The notes below the pieces were generated by a model. That model was not told the origin of the DNA, ran no database searches, and worked only from the letters and a program-made list of their open reading frames with translations. Both the position numbers and the translations under genes were made by a program. A DNA stretch of 64,000 nt from an uncultured Actinomycetes bacterium (GTDB taxonomy: Bacteria > Actinomycetota > Thermoleophilia > RBG-16-64-13), in the NCBI GenBank assembly GCA_963713545.1, contig CAVQME010000001.1:24540-88539 (forward strand), given 5' to 3'. Below are positions 35,437-43,786 of the stretch, in pieces (the first letter of the stretch is position 1; the number at the start of each line of letters is the position of its first letter).

Positions 35437-37421
35437 GCGCCGGTGGGACCGTGCGCGCCGGCGGCGCCTCGAACGGCGCCGGCCGCAAGGCCGCCCGCGC
35501 AGCGGCTGCGGCGGTGCAGGCCCGGGCCGATAGGATCGACGCGGCGCTGAAGGCCGCCGCCGATCCGAACGCCTACCTGGCCGAGGACGGCAACACGGAG
35601 ATAAGGGTCTGCGCCGGTACCGCCTGCCATGCTTCCGGCCGGGTGGCCCTGCGCAAGGCACTCGAGAAGGCGTTGGCCGAGCGCGGCCTCGGCGACAAGG
35701 TGACCATCGTCGAGACCGGCTGCCATGGGTTCTGCGAGCAGGGCCCCATCATCGTGCTTCGGCCACAGGGCATCTTCTACCCCCGTCTGGAGCCGAAAGA
35801 CGTGGAGGAGCTCATCGAGACGAGCGTGGTGGGAGACGGAGTGGTGGAACGGCTTCTCTACCAGCACCCGCGGTCGGGCGAACCCCTCGCGCTCGAGAAG
35901 GACATCCCGTTCTACTCTTTGCAGAGGCGTATCGTGCTGAGCCTCAACGGCAAGATCGACCCTTTCTCCCTGGACGACTACCTTGCCCATGGCGGCTACT
36001 CGGCGCTCGCCAAGGTGCTCAAACCCGCCGACCCGGTGGCGATCATCGACGAGATCGAGAGGAGCGGCCTGCGCGGCCGCGGGGGGGCCGGATTCCCGAC
36101 GGCTCGCAAATGGCGGAGCTGCCGCGCCAACCCCGGCGAGAAGCACTACATCATCTGCAACGCCGATGAGGGAGACCCCGGCGCCTTCATGGACCGCTCG
36201 GTGCTCGAAGGCAACCCTCACAGCGTGATAGAGGGAATGCTCATAGCCGCCTACGCGATCGGGTGCGACAACGGCCCGGTGGAAGGCTACGTGTACGTCC
36301 GTCACGAGTACCCCTTCGCTGTGGAGCGGCTTCGTTGGGCGCTGGAGCAGGCCCGTAACAGGAACCTACTCGGTGAGGACATCCTGGGTTCAGGCTTCTC
36401 CTTCGACATACGGATAAACCAGGGGGCGGGCGCTTTCGTCTGCGGCGAGTCCACGGCCCTCACCGCTTCCATCGAGGGGTTGCGGGGGATGCCGAGAGGT
36501 AAGCATATCCGCACCGTGTCCCACGGCCTCTGGAGCCAGCCTACCAACCTCAACAACGTCGAGACCTACGCCAACGTGCCCTGGATCATGATTCACGGCG
36601 CCGACGCGTTCGCTTCGCTGGGCACCGACACCAGCAAAGGAACCAAGATCTTCTCGCTCACGGGCAAGGTCGTCAACGGCGGTCTCATAGAGGTGCCGAT
36701 GGGCGCCACCTTGCGCGAGGTGATCTTCGATATCGGGGGCGGGATGCTGCCCGGCCGTCACTTCAAGGCCGTGCAACTGGGTGGACCGTCGGGGGGCTGT
36801 TTGCCCGCGTCTCTTCTCGACGAGCCCATCGATTTCGAGAGTCTGCTCGCGGCCGGCTCCATGATGGGTTCCGGCGGCATGGTGGTGGTCGACGACAGCA
36901 CGTGCATGGTCGACTTCGCCAAGTTCTTCCTGAAGTTCACGGCCGAGGAGAGCTGCGGGAAATGCGTGCCCTGCCGCGTCGGCGCCACCCGCATGCTCGA
37001 GATCCTGGAGCGCATCTCGGCCGGCCGCGCGACAGCGGCCGACGTGGATGCGCTCGAAATGTTGGCCGAGGACGTCGTGGAAGGCTCGCTCTGCGCCCTG
37101 GGCGGGAGCGCACCCAACCCGGTGCTGTCCACGCTCCGTTACTTCAGGGACGAGGTGATGGCCCACGCCGAGGAGCACCGTTGCCCGGCTAGGGTCTGCC
37201 GTCCTCTCATCCGCTACAAGATCGACAAAGACGCCTGCACCGGCTGCCGCGCCTGCCTCACCGCCTGCCCTACCGGCGCGGTGACCGGGGAGCGGAAAGA
37301 GGTCCACGTCATCGACCAAAAGCTCTGCATCAAGTGCGATGCCTGCCGGCAGGCGTGCCGGTTCGACGCGGTCCGCGTGGAGGCGGGCGCGCGTTCGCTG
37401 GCCGAAGGGAGGGTAAGGTGA
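35433..37421 (+). CDS. NuoF/HydB-type FMN- and NAD(H)-binding subunit with flanking FeS domains
   Basis: N-terminal thioredoxin-like [2Fe-2S] (RVCAGTACHASG...GCHGFCEQGP). NuoF core (GLRGRGGAGFPTARKW, CNADEGDPGAFMDR). ESCGKCVPCRVG cluster. C-terminal CTGCRACLTACP and CIKCDACRQAC. ATGA overlap with the upstream gene. Confidence 0.93.
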   Translation: MSAGGTVRAGGASNGAGRKAARAAAAAVQARADRIDAALKAAADPNAYLAEDGNTEIRVCAGTACHASGRVALRKALEKALAERGLGDKVTIVETGCHGFCEQGPIIVLRPQGIFYPRLEPKDVEELIETSVVGDGVVERLLYQHPRSGEPLALEKDIPFYSLQRRIVLSLNGKIDPFSLDDYLAHGGYSALAKVLKPADPVAIIDEIERSGLRGRGGAGFPTARKWRSCRANPGEKHYIICNADEGDPGAFMDRSVLEGNPHSVIEGMLIAAYAIGCDNGPVEGYVYVRHEYPFAVERLRWALEQARNRNLLGEDILGSGFSFDIRINQGAGAFVCGESTALTASIEGLRGMPRGKHIRTVSHGLWSQPTNLNNVETYANVPWIMIHGADAFASLGTDTSKGTKIFSLTGKVVNGGLIEVPMGATLREVIFDIGGGMLPGRHFKAVQLGGPSGGCLPASLLDEPIDFESLLAAGSMMGSGGMVVVDDSTCMVDFAKFFLKFTAEESCGKCVPCRVGATRMLEILERISAGRATAADVDALEMLAEDVVEGSLCALGGSAPNPVLSTLRYFRDEVMAHAEEHRCPARVCRPLIRYKIDKDACTGCRACLTACPTGAVTGERKEVHVIDQKLCIKCDACRQACRFDAVRVEAGARSLAEGRVR

Positions 37422-40400
37422 GCACACGAACCAAGACCGCCCTGAAGCTCACGATCGACGGTAGGGTGGTGAAAGCGCAGCAGGGCGAGACCGTTCTGGA
37501 CGTCGCCCGCCGGGAAGGCATCGACATACCGGCGCTGTGCCACATACCCGGCACCCCGGCCTGGGGCGCTTGTCGGCTGTGCCTGGTTGAAGTGGAGGGA
37601 CTCGACAAGCTCCAGGCCGCCTGCACCACCTGGGTGGAAGAAGACATGGTGGTGAAGACCGACACCCCGCGGGTGCGGGCGAGGCGGACGAGCTACCTCA
37701 AGATGTACCTCTCAGATCACAATGCCTATTGCGAGGCGCCCTGCACGCACGCCTGTCCCACCCACATCGACATTCCGGCGTATCTGGCTGCCCTGGCCGC
37801 CGGCGACGCCCCGGGAGCGGCCGCTCTGGTGCGCGAAGAACTTCCGTTCCCCGGCATCCTGGGACGGGTCTGCCCGCGCTATTGCGAGCCGGTCTGCAGA
37901 CGAGGCCAGATCGACGAACCGATCGCCATCTGCGCCCTTCATCGAGCCGCCGCCGACCATTCGCCGGGCGCGCGCCTCGCGTCGGGTGCGACCAGCGGCA
38001 AGCGGGTGGCCGTCATAGGCGCCGGTCCAGCCGGTCTCGCCGCCGCTTGGTTCCTCGTCGATCGCGGACATCGGGTCACCCTGTACGACATGAACGAGAA
38101 GCCCGGAGGAGCCCTCCGGTACACTATCCCCGAATTCCGCTTGCCGGAGAAGGTGCTCGACAAGGAGCTACAGCCCTTGTGGGATGCGGGCGTGCGCTTT
38201 GTGGGCGGGTCGAAGCTCGGCTATGAGGTCGATCCCGATGGATTGTTCGATGCCGGGTTCGACGCGGTCGTCATAAGCGTGGGCGGCATGGAGAGGCCCG
38301 CGCCCACCCTCCCCGGCGGCGAAGCCGCCCTCGATGGCCTCGAGCTGCTAAGAAGAGTCCGCGAAGGCCACCCCGTGCGCTTCACCGGCCAGACGGTGGT
38401 CGTAGGTGACGGGCCCACGGCTTTCGACGCCGCCCGCACCTCGTTGCGGCTAGGCGCCGCGGAGGTGGTGGTCATCGCCAAGCACGAAGAGAACGCCATC
38501 CCCGCCGGGAGACAGGATCTGGCCGCCGCTCTGGAAGAGGGCGTCAGGATCGAGTTCGGCGCGTCGGCCAAGCGCGTGAAGACAGCCGCCGGGAAGGTGA
38601 AGGGCGTCTCTTGCGCCCGTCTCGCTTGGGACGGGGATACGGCCCGGGAGATCGAAGATTCCGACTTCGAGGTGGCGGGAGCCACAGTGGTGCTGGCGGA
38701 TGACGAAGCACCGCCGGCCTCCGCCAAGGGGCGTCTGCAGGCCCATCCCTTCACCGGACGGACGTCTCGCGAGGGTGTCTTCGCAGCCGGCGACGCGGTC
38801 GCCGGGGCGGAGTCGGTGATCCACGCCGTGGCCGGCGGCAAACGCGCCGCCTTGGCCGTCGACGCCTGGTTACGCGGACACGACTTGGCGGCCCTGGAGG
38901 AACGACTGGAGGCGTTCAGCCGCTCGCCCTATCTGGACCAGCTCGAGGAGGCCTCCGAGATCGGCGACGTCGGCCGGCGCTTGACCGAAAGAAGCCCGGT
39001 CTGGCTCAAGATGGGCGCCACCGCGGAACCCGCGGCCCGCGCCTCCATGCCCAGGGCCGGCAAGGCCAAGCGCTTGTCCGGTGTGGAGGTGGAAGTCGAG
39101 AAGGGCTTCAGCCTTGCCACCGCTCGGGCCGAGGCCAAGCGCTGCCTGCAGTGCGTGTGTCCCACCCTTGGCGAATGCGATCTGCAACGGTTGGGAGTGC
39201 AGTACGAGATCACTGCCAACGAACTGGTCACCGAGGGCGGCAGGGTGCGGGTGGTCCAGCCCCAGCACGAGCATCCCTTCATCCGGCGCGACATGGACCG
39301 TTGCGTCGCTTGCGGGCGTTGCGTGCGGGTGTGCCGCGACGTGGCCGGTCCCGCCTGCTACGACTTCACCGGCCGAGGCTTCGCCATCAACGTCGACACC
39401 CCCTATGCCGAAGCCCTGCAGCTGGCCGACTGCATCTCCTGCGGTCGTTGCGTGTCCACCTGTCCTACCGGGGCACTCACCTTCAACGAGCGCCGGCTGA
39501 GTTCCTTCCGGGTCGACGAGAGCCGCTGCATCATGTGCCGGGAGTGCGTGGAGGTCTGCCCGGTGGATGCCATACAGGAGACCAACCACTTCGAGGACGC
39601 CCGCCGCAAGTGGCTCGAACTGGTGGCCAAGGGCAGCCAGCTTGCCGGCGGGCACCGCATGTGCGCCGGATGTGGCGCGCCCATCGTCGTCAGACAGGTC
39701 CTCATGGGCACCAGCGATCCGGTGGTGGTCAGCGCGGCCACGGGCTGTCTCGAGGTGAGTACCTCGATCTACCCGTACACTTCTTGGAAGGGTAGTTTCA
39801 TCCACACCGCTTTCGAGAACTCCGCGGCTACCCTGAGCGGGGTCGAGACCGCTTTCAAAGCGCTCAAGAAGAAGGGACTCATCGACGAGAACGTCAAGTT
39901 CATCGCCTTCGGCGGCGACGGCGGCACCTACGACATCGGGCTGCAGTCGCTCTCCGGCGCAATGGAACGCGGGCACCGGATGCTGTATGTCTGCTACGAC
40001 AACGGCGCCTACATGAACACCGGCTTCCAGCGCTCCGGGGCAACCCCGACATGTGCCTGGACGACCACCAGCCCGGTTGGCGAGGAGTCGGCCGGCAAGT
40101 TGCAGCAACGCAAGAACCTCACCGAGATAATGATCGCTCACGGTCTCGAGTATGTGGCCCAGGCCTCACCGCACGATCCGCGGGACTTGGTGCGCAAAGC
40201 GGCGAAGGCGCTGGCAGTAGACGGTCCCACCTTCCTCAACATCCTCGCTCCTTGCCCACGCGGGTGGCGCTCGGATGGGGCCGAGAGCATCGACCTGGCT
40301 CGGGAGGCCGTCAACACCTGCTACTGGCCGCTGTTCGAGTGCGTGGAAGGAGAGTACCGGCTCACCTACCGGCCCCACTACAAGCTGCCGCTCGTACCCT

Positions 40401-40576
40401 GGCTCAAGCGCCAGGGCCGCTTCGCTCACCTGTTCCAACCGGCCAACGAGTGGGCTCTTCGTCATCTCGAGGACTGGGTGGACGAGGAGTGGGAGAAGCT
40501 ATTGCGCAAGTGCCAAGAGCCTAGCGAGGCCGAATGGCAGGCGCATCTGCAGGCCAACGGTTGTCTCCTGCGCTGA
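37418..40576 (+). CDS. Multidomain fusion: NuoG-type [2Fe-2S], GltD/NfnB-like FAD-NAD(P)H oxidoreductase, NuoG-type [4Fe-4S] modules, extra ferredoxin motif, PorB (TPP-binding beta subunit of OFOR)
   Basis: GTG at 37418 overlaps the nuoF-like stop (GTGA). Domains by nucleotide position:
- 37439-37669: C-x10-C-x2-C-x13-C.
- 37697-38878: CEAPCTHACP, CPRYCEPVC, VAVIGAGPAGL, VVVGDGPTAFD, GVFAAGDA.
- 39131-39493: CLQCVCPTLGECDLQ, CVACGRCVRVC, CISCGRCVSTCP.
- 39506-39583: CIMCRECVEVCP.
- 39626-40513: HRMCAGCGAPI...GGDGGTYDIG...CYDNGAYMNTG...APCPRGW, the PorB pattern. Confidence 0.9.
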   Translation: MSTRTKTALKLTIDGRVVKAQQGETVLDVARREGIDIPALCHIPGTPAWGACRLCLVEVEGLDKLQAACTTWVEEDMVVKTDTPRVRARRTSYLKMYLSDHNAYCEAPCTHACPTHIDIPAYLAALAAGDAPGAAALVREELPFPGILGRVCPRYCEPVCRRGQIDEPIAICALHRAAADHSPGARLASGATSGKRVAVIGAGPAGLAAAWFLVDRGHRVTLYDMNEKPGGALRYTIPEFRLPEKVLDKELQPLWDAGVRFVGGSKLGYEVDPDGLFDAGFDAVVISVGGMERPAPTLPGGEAALDGLELLRRVREGHPVRFTGQTVVVGDGPTAFDAARTSLRLGAAEVVVIAKHEENAIPAGRQDLAAALEEGVRIEFGASAKRVKTAAGKVKGVSCARLAWDGDTAREIEDSDFEVAGATVVLADDEAPPASAKGRLQAHPFTGRTSREGVFAAGDAVAGAESVIHAVAGGKRAALAVDAWLRGHDLAALEERLEAFSRSPYLDQLEEASEIGDVGRRLTERSPVWLKMGATAEPAARASMPRAGKAKRLSGVEVEVEKGFSLATARAEAKRCLQCVCPTLGECDLQRLGVQYEITANELVTEGGRVRVVQPQHEHPFIRRDMDRCVACGRCVRVCRDVAGPACYDFTGRGFAINVDTPYAEALQLADCISCGRCVSTCPTGALTFNERRLSSFRVDESRCIMCRECVEVCPVDAIQETNHFEDARRKWLELVAKGSQLAGGHRMCAGCGAPIVVRQVLMGTSDPVVVSAATGCLEVSTSIYPYTSWKGSFIHTAFENSAATLSGVETAFKALKKKGLIDENVKFIAFGGDGGTYDIGLQSLSGAMERGHRMLYVCYDNGAYMNTGFQRSGATPTCAWTTTSPVGEESAGKLQQRKNLTEIMIAHGLEYVAQASPHDPRDLVRKAAKALAVDGPTFLNILAPCPRGWRSDGAESIDLAREAVNTCYWPLFECVEGEYRLTYRPHYKLPLVPWLKRQGRFAHLFQPANEWALRHLEDWVDEEWEKLLRKCQEPSEAEWQAHLQANGCLLR

Positions 40577-40633
40577 TCCGGGGCCGCGGGGCAGGAGCAC
40601 TGCGGTCTGGCGCCCACAAGGGCGAGACGAGAG

Positions 40634-40671
40634 ATGAAGAAGGGCGAGTCCGAGGACTCGCCCTTCTTCAT
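40634..40671. terminator. Bidirectional hairpin terminator between convergent genes
   Basis: ATGAAGAAGGGCGAGTC-CGAG-GACTCGCCCTTCTTCAT gives a 17-bp perfect stem. It lies between the stop at 40576 (+) and the stop at 40702 (-). Confidence 0.6.
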
Positions 40672-40701
40672 CCGGCGTACCGGAACACGCTCTTGCCAGG
40701 C

Positions 40702-42957
40702 TTAAGCCGGTGGTCTGAGCGGCCTGTTGCGCGGAGCCTCGAGCCGGATGCGGGGCAGGACCCGCCGCAGCGCCCGCGGTAGGTACCAGCTGATCTTGCC
40801 CAGGAGAGCCATGCTGGCCGGTACCAGTATCGAGCGTATGAGGGTGGCGTCGAGAAGCACCGCGACCGCCAGGCCGAACCCCACTTGCTGCAGCATCACC
40901 AGGTTGCCGGCGGCGAAGGTGGAGAAGACCACCACCATGATCAGGGCGGCCCCGGTGATGATGCGGCTCGTGGCCTTGAGACCGACCGCCACCGCTTCTT
41001 TGCTCTTGTCGGTGCGGTCGTAGTGTTCCTGGATGCGGCTGAGTAGGAACACGTGATAGTCCATGCTCAGACCGAAGAGGATGCAGAACAGGAAGATGGG
41101 CACCCACGACTCGATAGTGGGTGTTTGCTGGAATCCGAAGAGCTGATGGCCGATCCCTTTCTGGAACACGAGCACGAGCATCCCGTAGGCCGCTCCCACG
41201 GATAGCAGGTTCATGAAGATAGCGGTGAGTGGCACCACGATCGATCTGAAGACCACCATCAGCAAGATGAACGTCAGCCCCAGGACGAACGCCAGTACCG
41301 CCGGCGTCAGCTTGTTCACGAGGTTGACGGAGTCATGCTCGAGCGCGGTCTGCCCCGTCACGTATACCGTCGCGCTCTGGGCGGCGAAAGCCGCGGGGAT
41401 CAGGTCGCTCCGCAGGTCGTCGACCGCCGCGTATGCAGCCTCCGAATCGGTCTCGACGGCGAGGGGTGCGGTTATGAGCGCCACGTCCTCGTTCTGGTTC
41501 CAGGTCACTGTGCCCGCTGTGGCGAAGTCGTCCGAAGCGCTCATGCTTTGACGCAAGGTTTCGATCGCTCCGTCTACCGCAGCCGTCCGGTCGGCGTCCA
41601 CCACTATCTCGACGGGGGCCAACACCCCCGCTGGGAAGTTGTCCACGAGCAACTCATAAGCATCCCGTCGCTCCCCGGGGGGAAGTGTCCCCGCCCCACC
41701 GGACGCCCCGGTCTTGAGCATGAACGCGGGCGAGGTGATGGCCAGCAGTATGACCACCGTGAGCACCACTCCTACGATCGGCCTGGCCATGATGCCCTTG
41801 GTGAACTTGCCCCAGAAGCCCTTGTACACGGTGAGGTGGCTGTGTACGCGCTCGCCGTCGTGCTTCTTCCTGTGCCAGCGGACCAGAGGCCAGTTGACCC
41901 GGTCCCCCAGGAGACTGAGCAGGGCCGGGACCAGGGTGAGCATCGCCAGGATGGCGACCCCCACAACGAGCAGCGCTCCCGCTCCAAGACTGCGGAAGGT
42001 AGTTATGGGGATAATGAAGAGCCCGCACAAGGCGAGCATGACCGTGCCTCCAGAGAAGAGCACGGCACGGCTGGCTGAGGCTCCGGTGGCCGTGATGGCC
42101 TCCAGCTTGCTCAGACCCTGGCGGCGCTCCTCCCGAAAACGCTCGATGATGAAGAGGGCGTAGTCGATGCCCACGGCGAGCCCGATCATCATGATCACGT
42201 TGACGATGAAGAACGACTGAGGGAGGAAGAGCCCCACCACGGCTATCACCCCCATGCTGACGAAGATGCTGATCAAAGCCAGGGCCATGGAGACGCCGGC
42301 GGCCATCAGGGCCCCGAACACGAACACCAGGACGAGCAGTGTGATGGGCAGGCCTATCAGTTCGGCTTTCATCAGGTCTTTCTCGGCAGTAGCGGTGAAC
42401 TCATGCCCGATGCTGGCCCCGCCCACAGTCGCCACCGCGAAGTCCTCGGAGTTCTGGGCGCGCACCGTTGCCAGATACGCTTCCATGGTGTCGCCGTTGT
42501 CGGCGGCTCCCCCGGCGAACGAGATGGGTATCAGGGTGGTGTGCCGGTCGGCCGACACCATCGACTGCGCCGCGTCCGGAGCGAGAAGAGTTGCCTGGTA
42601 GTACGTGTACGCCTGAGAGACGACCCCACTCTCCGCGAGGAGGGCGGCCTGGACCTCTTCGACTCTCCGCTGGAACGCGGGGTCGTCCACGGTGGCCGCG
42701 TCGGAGTGCACGAGCACGGTCTCGCTGAAGTCGGCGGTCCCGGTCATCTCCTGCGAGAGCAAGGTCTCACCTTTGACCGAATCCGGGTTGTTCAGGAACT
42801 TCATCTCGTCGCCGGTGAGCGCGCTCTTGAGACCGGGCGACGCGACGATCGCCAGTACAAGGAAGAGCACCCAAACACCGACAACCCACCACGGGTGACG
42901 GGCGCTAGAACCGGCCAGTCTCTCGGTGGAAAGGAACTTCAAAGAAGGGAACTTCAC
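40702..42957 (-). CDS. MMPL-family (RND superfamily) membrane transporter
   Basis: 751-aa ORF with two blocks of TM helices separated by soluble loops, a typical MMPL profile. The motif DYALFIIERFREE is present. Confidence 0.92.
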   Translation of the reverse strand: MKFPSLKFLSTERLAGSSARHPWWVVGVWVLFLVLAIVASPGLKSALTGDEMKFLNNPDSVKGETLLSQEMTGTADFSETVLVHSDAATVDDPAFQRRVEEVQAALLAESGVVSQAYTYYQATLLAPDAAQSMVSADRHTTLIPISFAGGAADNGDTMEAYLATVRAQNSEDFAVATVGGASIGHEFTATAEKDLMKAELIGLPITLLVLVFVFGALMAAGVSMALALISIFVSMGVIAVVGLFLPQSFFIVNVIMMIGLAVGIDYALFIIERFREERRQGLSKLEAITATGASASRAVLFSGGTVMLALCGLFIIPITTFRSLGAGALLVVGVAILAMLTLVPALLSLLGDRVNWPLVRWHRKKHDGERVHSHLTVYKGFWGKFTKGIMARPIVGVVLTVVILLAITSPAFMLKTGASGGAGTLPPGERRDAYELLVDNFPAGVLAPVEIVVDADRTAAVDGAIETLRQSMSASDDFATAGTVTWNQNEDVALITAPLAVETDSEAAYAAVDDLRSDLIPAAFAAQSATVYVTGQTALEHDSVNLVNKLTPAVLAFVLGLTFILLMVVFRSIVVPLTAIFMNLLSVGAAYGMLVLVFQKGIGHQLFGFQQTPTIESWVPIFLFCILFGLSMDYHVFLLSRIQEHYDRTDKSKEAVAVGLKATSRIITGAALIMVVVFSTFAAGNLVMLQQVGFGLAVAVLLDATLIRSILVPASMALLGKISWYLPRALRRVLPRIRLEAPRNRPLRPPA

Positions 42958-42959
42958 TT

Positions 42960-43625
42960 TTAACCCCCGACAGAAACCAACGCGTCGTCGTCTGCATCGT
43001 CCACACTTGGACTCGGCAGAGGCGCAAGACGCTCCAACATAACGTCAACCATCTCGGGAAGCTTCCTCATGTCGAGGCTGTCCCCGAATTCCAGGCTCAG
43101 TACGTGAATCCCGACCATCAAAGAGACGAAGAGGAGAGCCATGCCGCGGGCGTCGACTCCGGGGTCCAAGGCTCCCTGCTCCTGTGCCTGGCGGAACAGA
43201 CGCTCGGTCAGGAAGAGATAGGCCTCGCGCAGTTGACGGCCCCCAGTCGGAGCATTCTTCTCCCGGCGCGCCTCCGCGAGGATGGCCTCCATCACCAGGA
43301 TGGTCTCCTCGCGCGTAGGCGCCTCCCTGAAGCGCTGCTCGATCGCCCAACCGGCGCTACTTAGTATGTCGGCGGGATTGCCGGCGCGTTCCGTCGCCCG
43401 GGCGAACAAAGCCCGCGTGCTCTCGCTGATGCGTTCGAACACAGCCTGGACCAGGTCGTCCTTGCTGGGATAGTAGCGGTAGATGGCCCCCACGCTCAGG
43501 CCGGCGTCGGCCGCGACATCGTGCATAGTCGCCTGAGCGCAGCCCTTGCGGGCGAAGACACGGGTGGCGGAAGCGAGTATCTCGTCTCTGCGCGATTGGA
43601 ATTCCTCAGGTGTGATTCGCACCAA
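42960..43625 (-). CDS. TetR-family transcriptional regulator
   Basis: HTH region ILASATRVFARKGCAQATMHDVAADAGLSVGAIYRYYPSKDDL. I prefer TTG at 43625 or GTG at 43622, after GGGAGG. The track ATG at 43685 lies inside the operator-like palindrome. Confidence 0.88.
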   Translation of the reverse strand: MVRITPEEFQSRRDEILASATRVFARKGCAQATMHDVAADAGLSVGAIYRYYPSKDDLVQAVFERISESTRALFARATERAGNPADILSSAGWAIEQRFREAPTREETILVMEAILAEARREKNAPTGGRQLREAYLFLTERLFRQAQEQGALDPGVDARGMALLFVSLMVGIHVLSLEFGDSLDMRKLPEMVDVMLERLAPLPSPSVDDADDDALVSVGG

Positions 43626-43669
43626 GTGTGACCGCCTCCCTAGGTACGGACCACCGACTGGATTCGACA

Positions 43670-43689
43670 GTGAATGAACGTTCATTCAC
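43670..43689. promoter_or_regulatory. Perfect 20-bp palindrome, candidate TetR operator
   Basis: GTGAATGAAC|GTTCATTCAC, located ~45 nt upstream of the tetR start and ~100 nt upstream of the divergent eis-like gene. Confidence 0.55.
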
Positions 43690-43786
43690 GGACCGAGTGA
43701 GTTTACAGAGCCGGTCCGTCATCGTCAAGTATCGGCAGCGACATACGACGAGGTGAGACGCCCCTGTTGTGTCATCATTGTTCACC

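Noticed and set aside
33381-40141. Chain of long minus-strand ORFs opposite porA, the nuoE-like and nuoF-like genes and the fusion gene (33381-34637, 34480-35661, 35139-36305, 36390-37427, 38870-40141)
   Set aside because: Shadow ORFs of a high-GC coding region. The plus-strand frames contain dense, correctly spaced FeS, FMN and TPP motifs.
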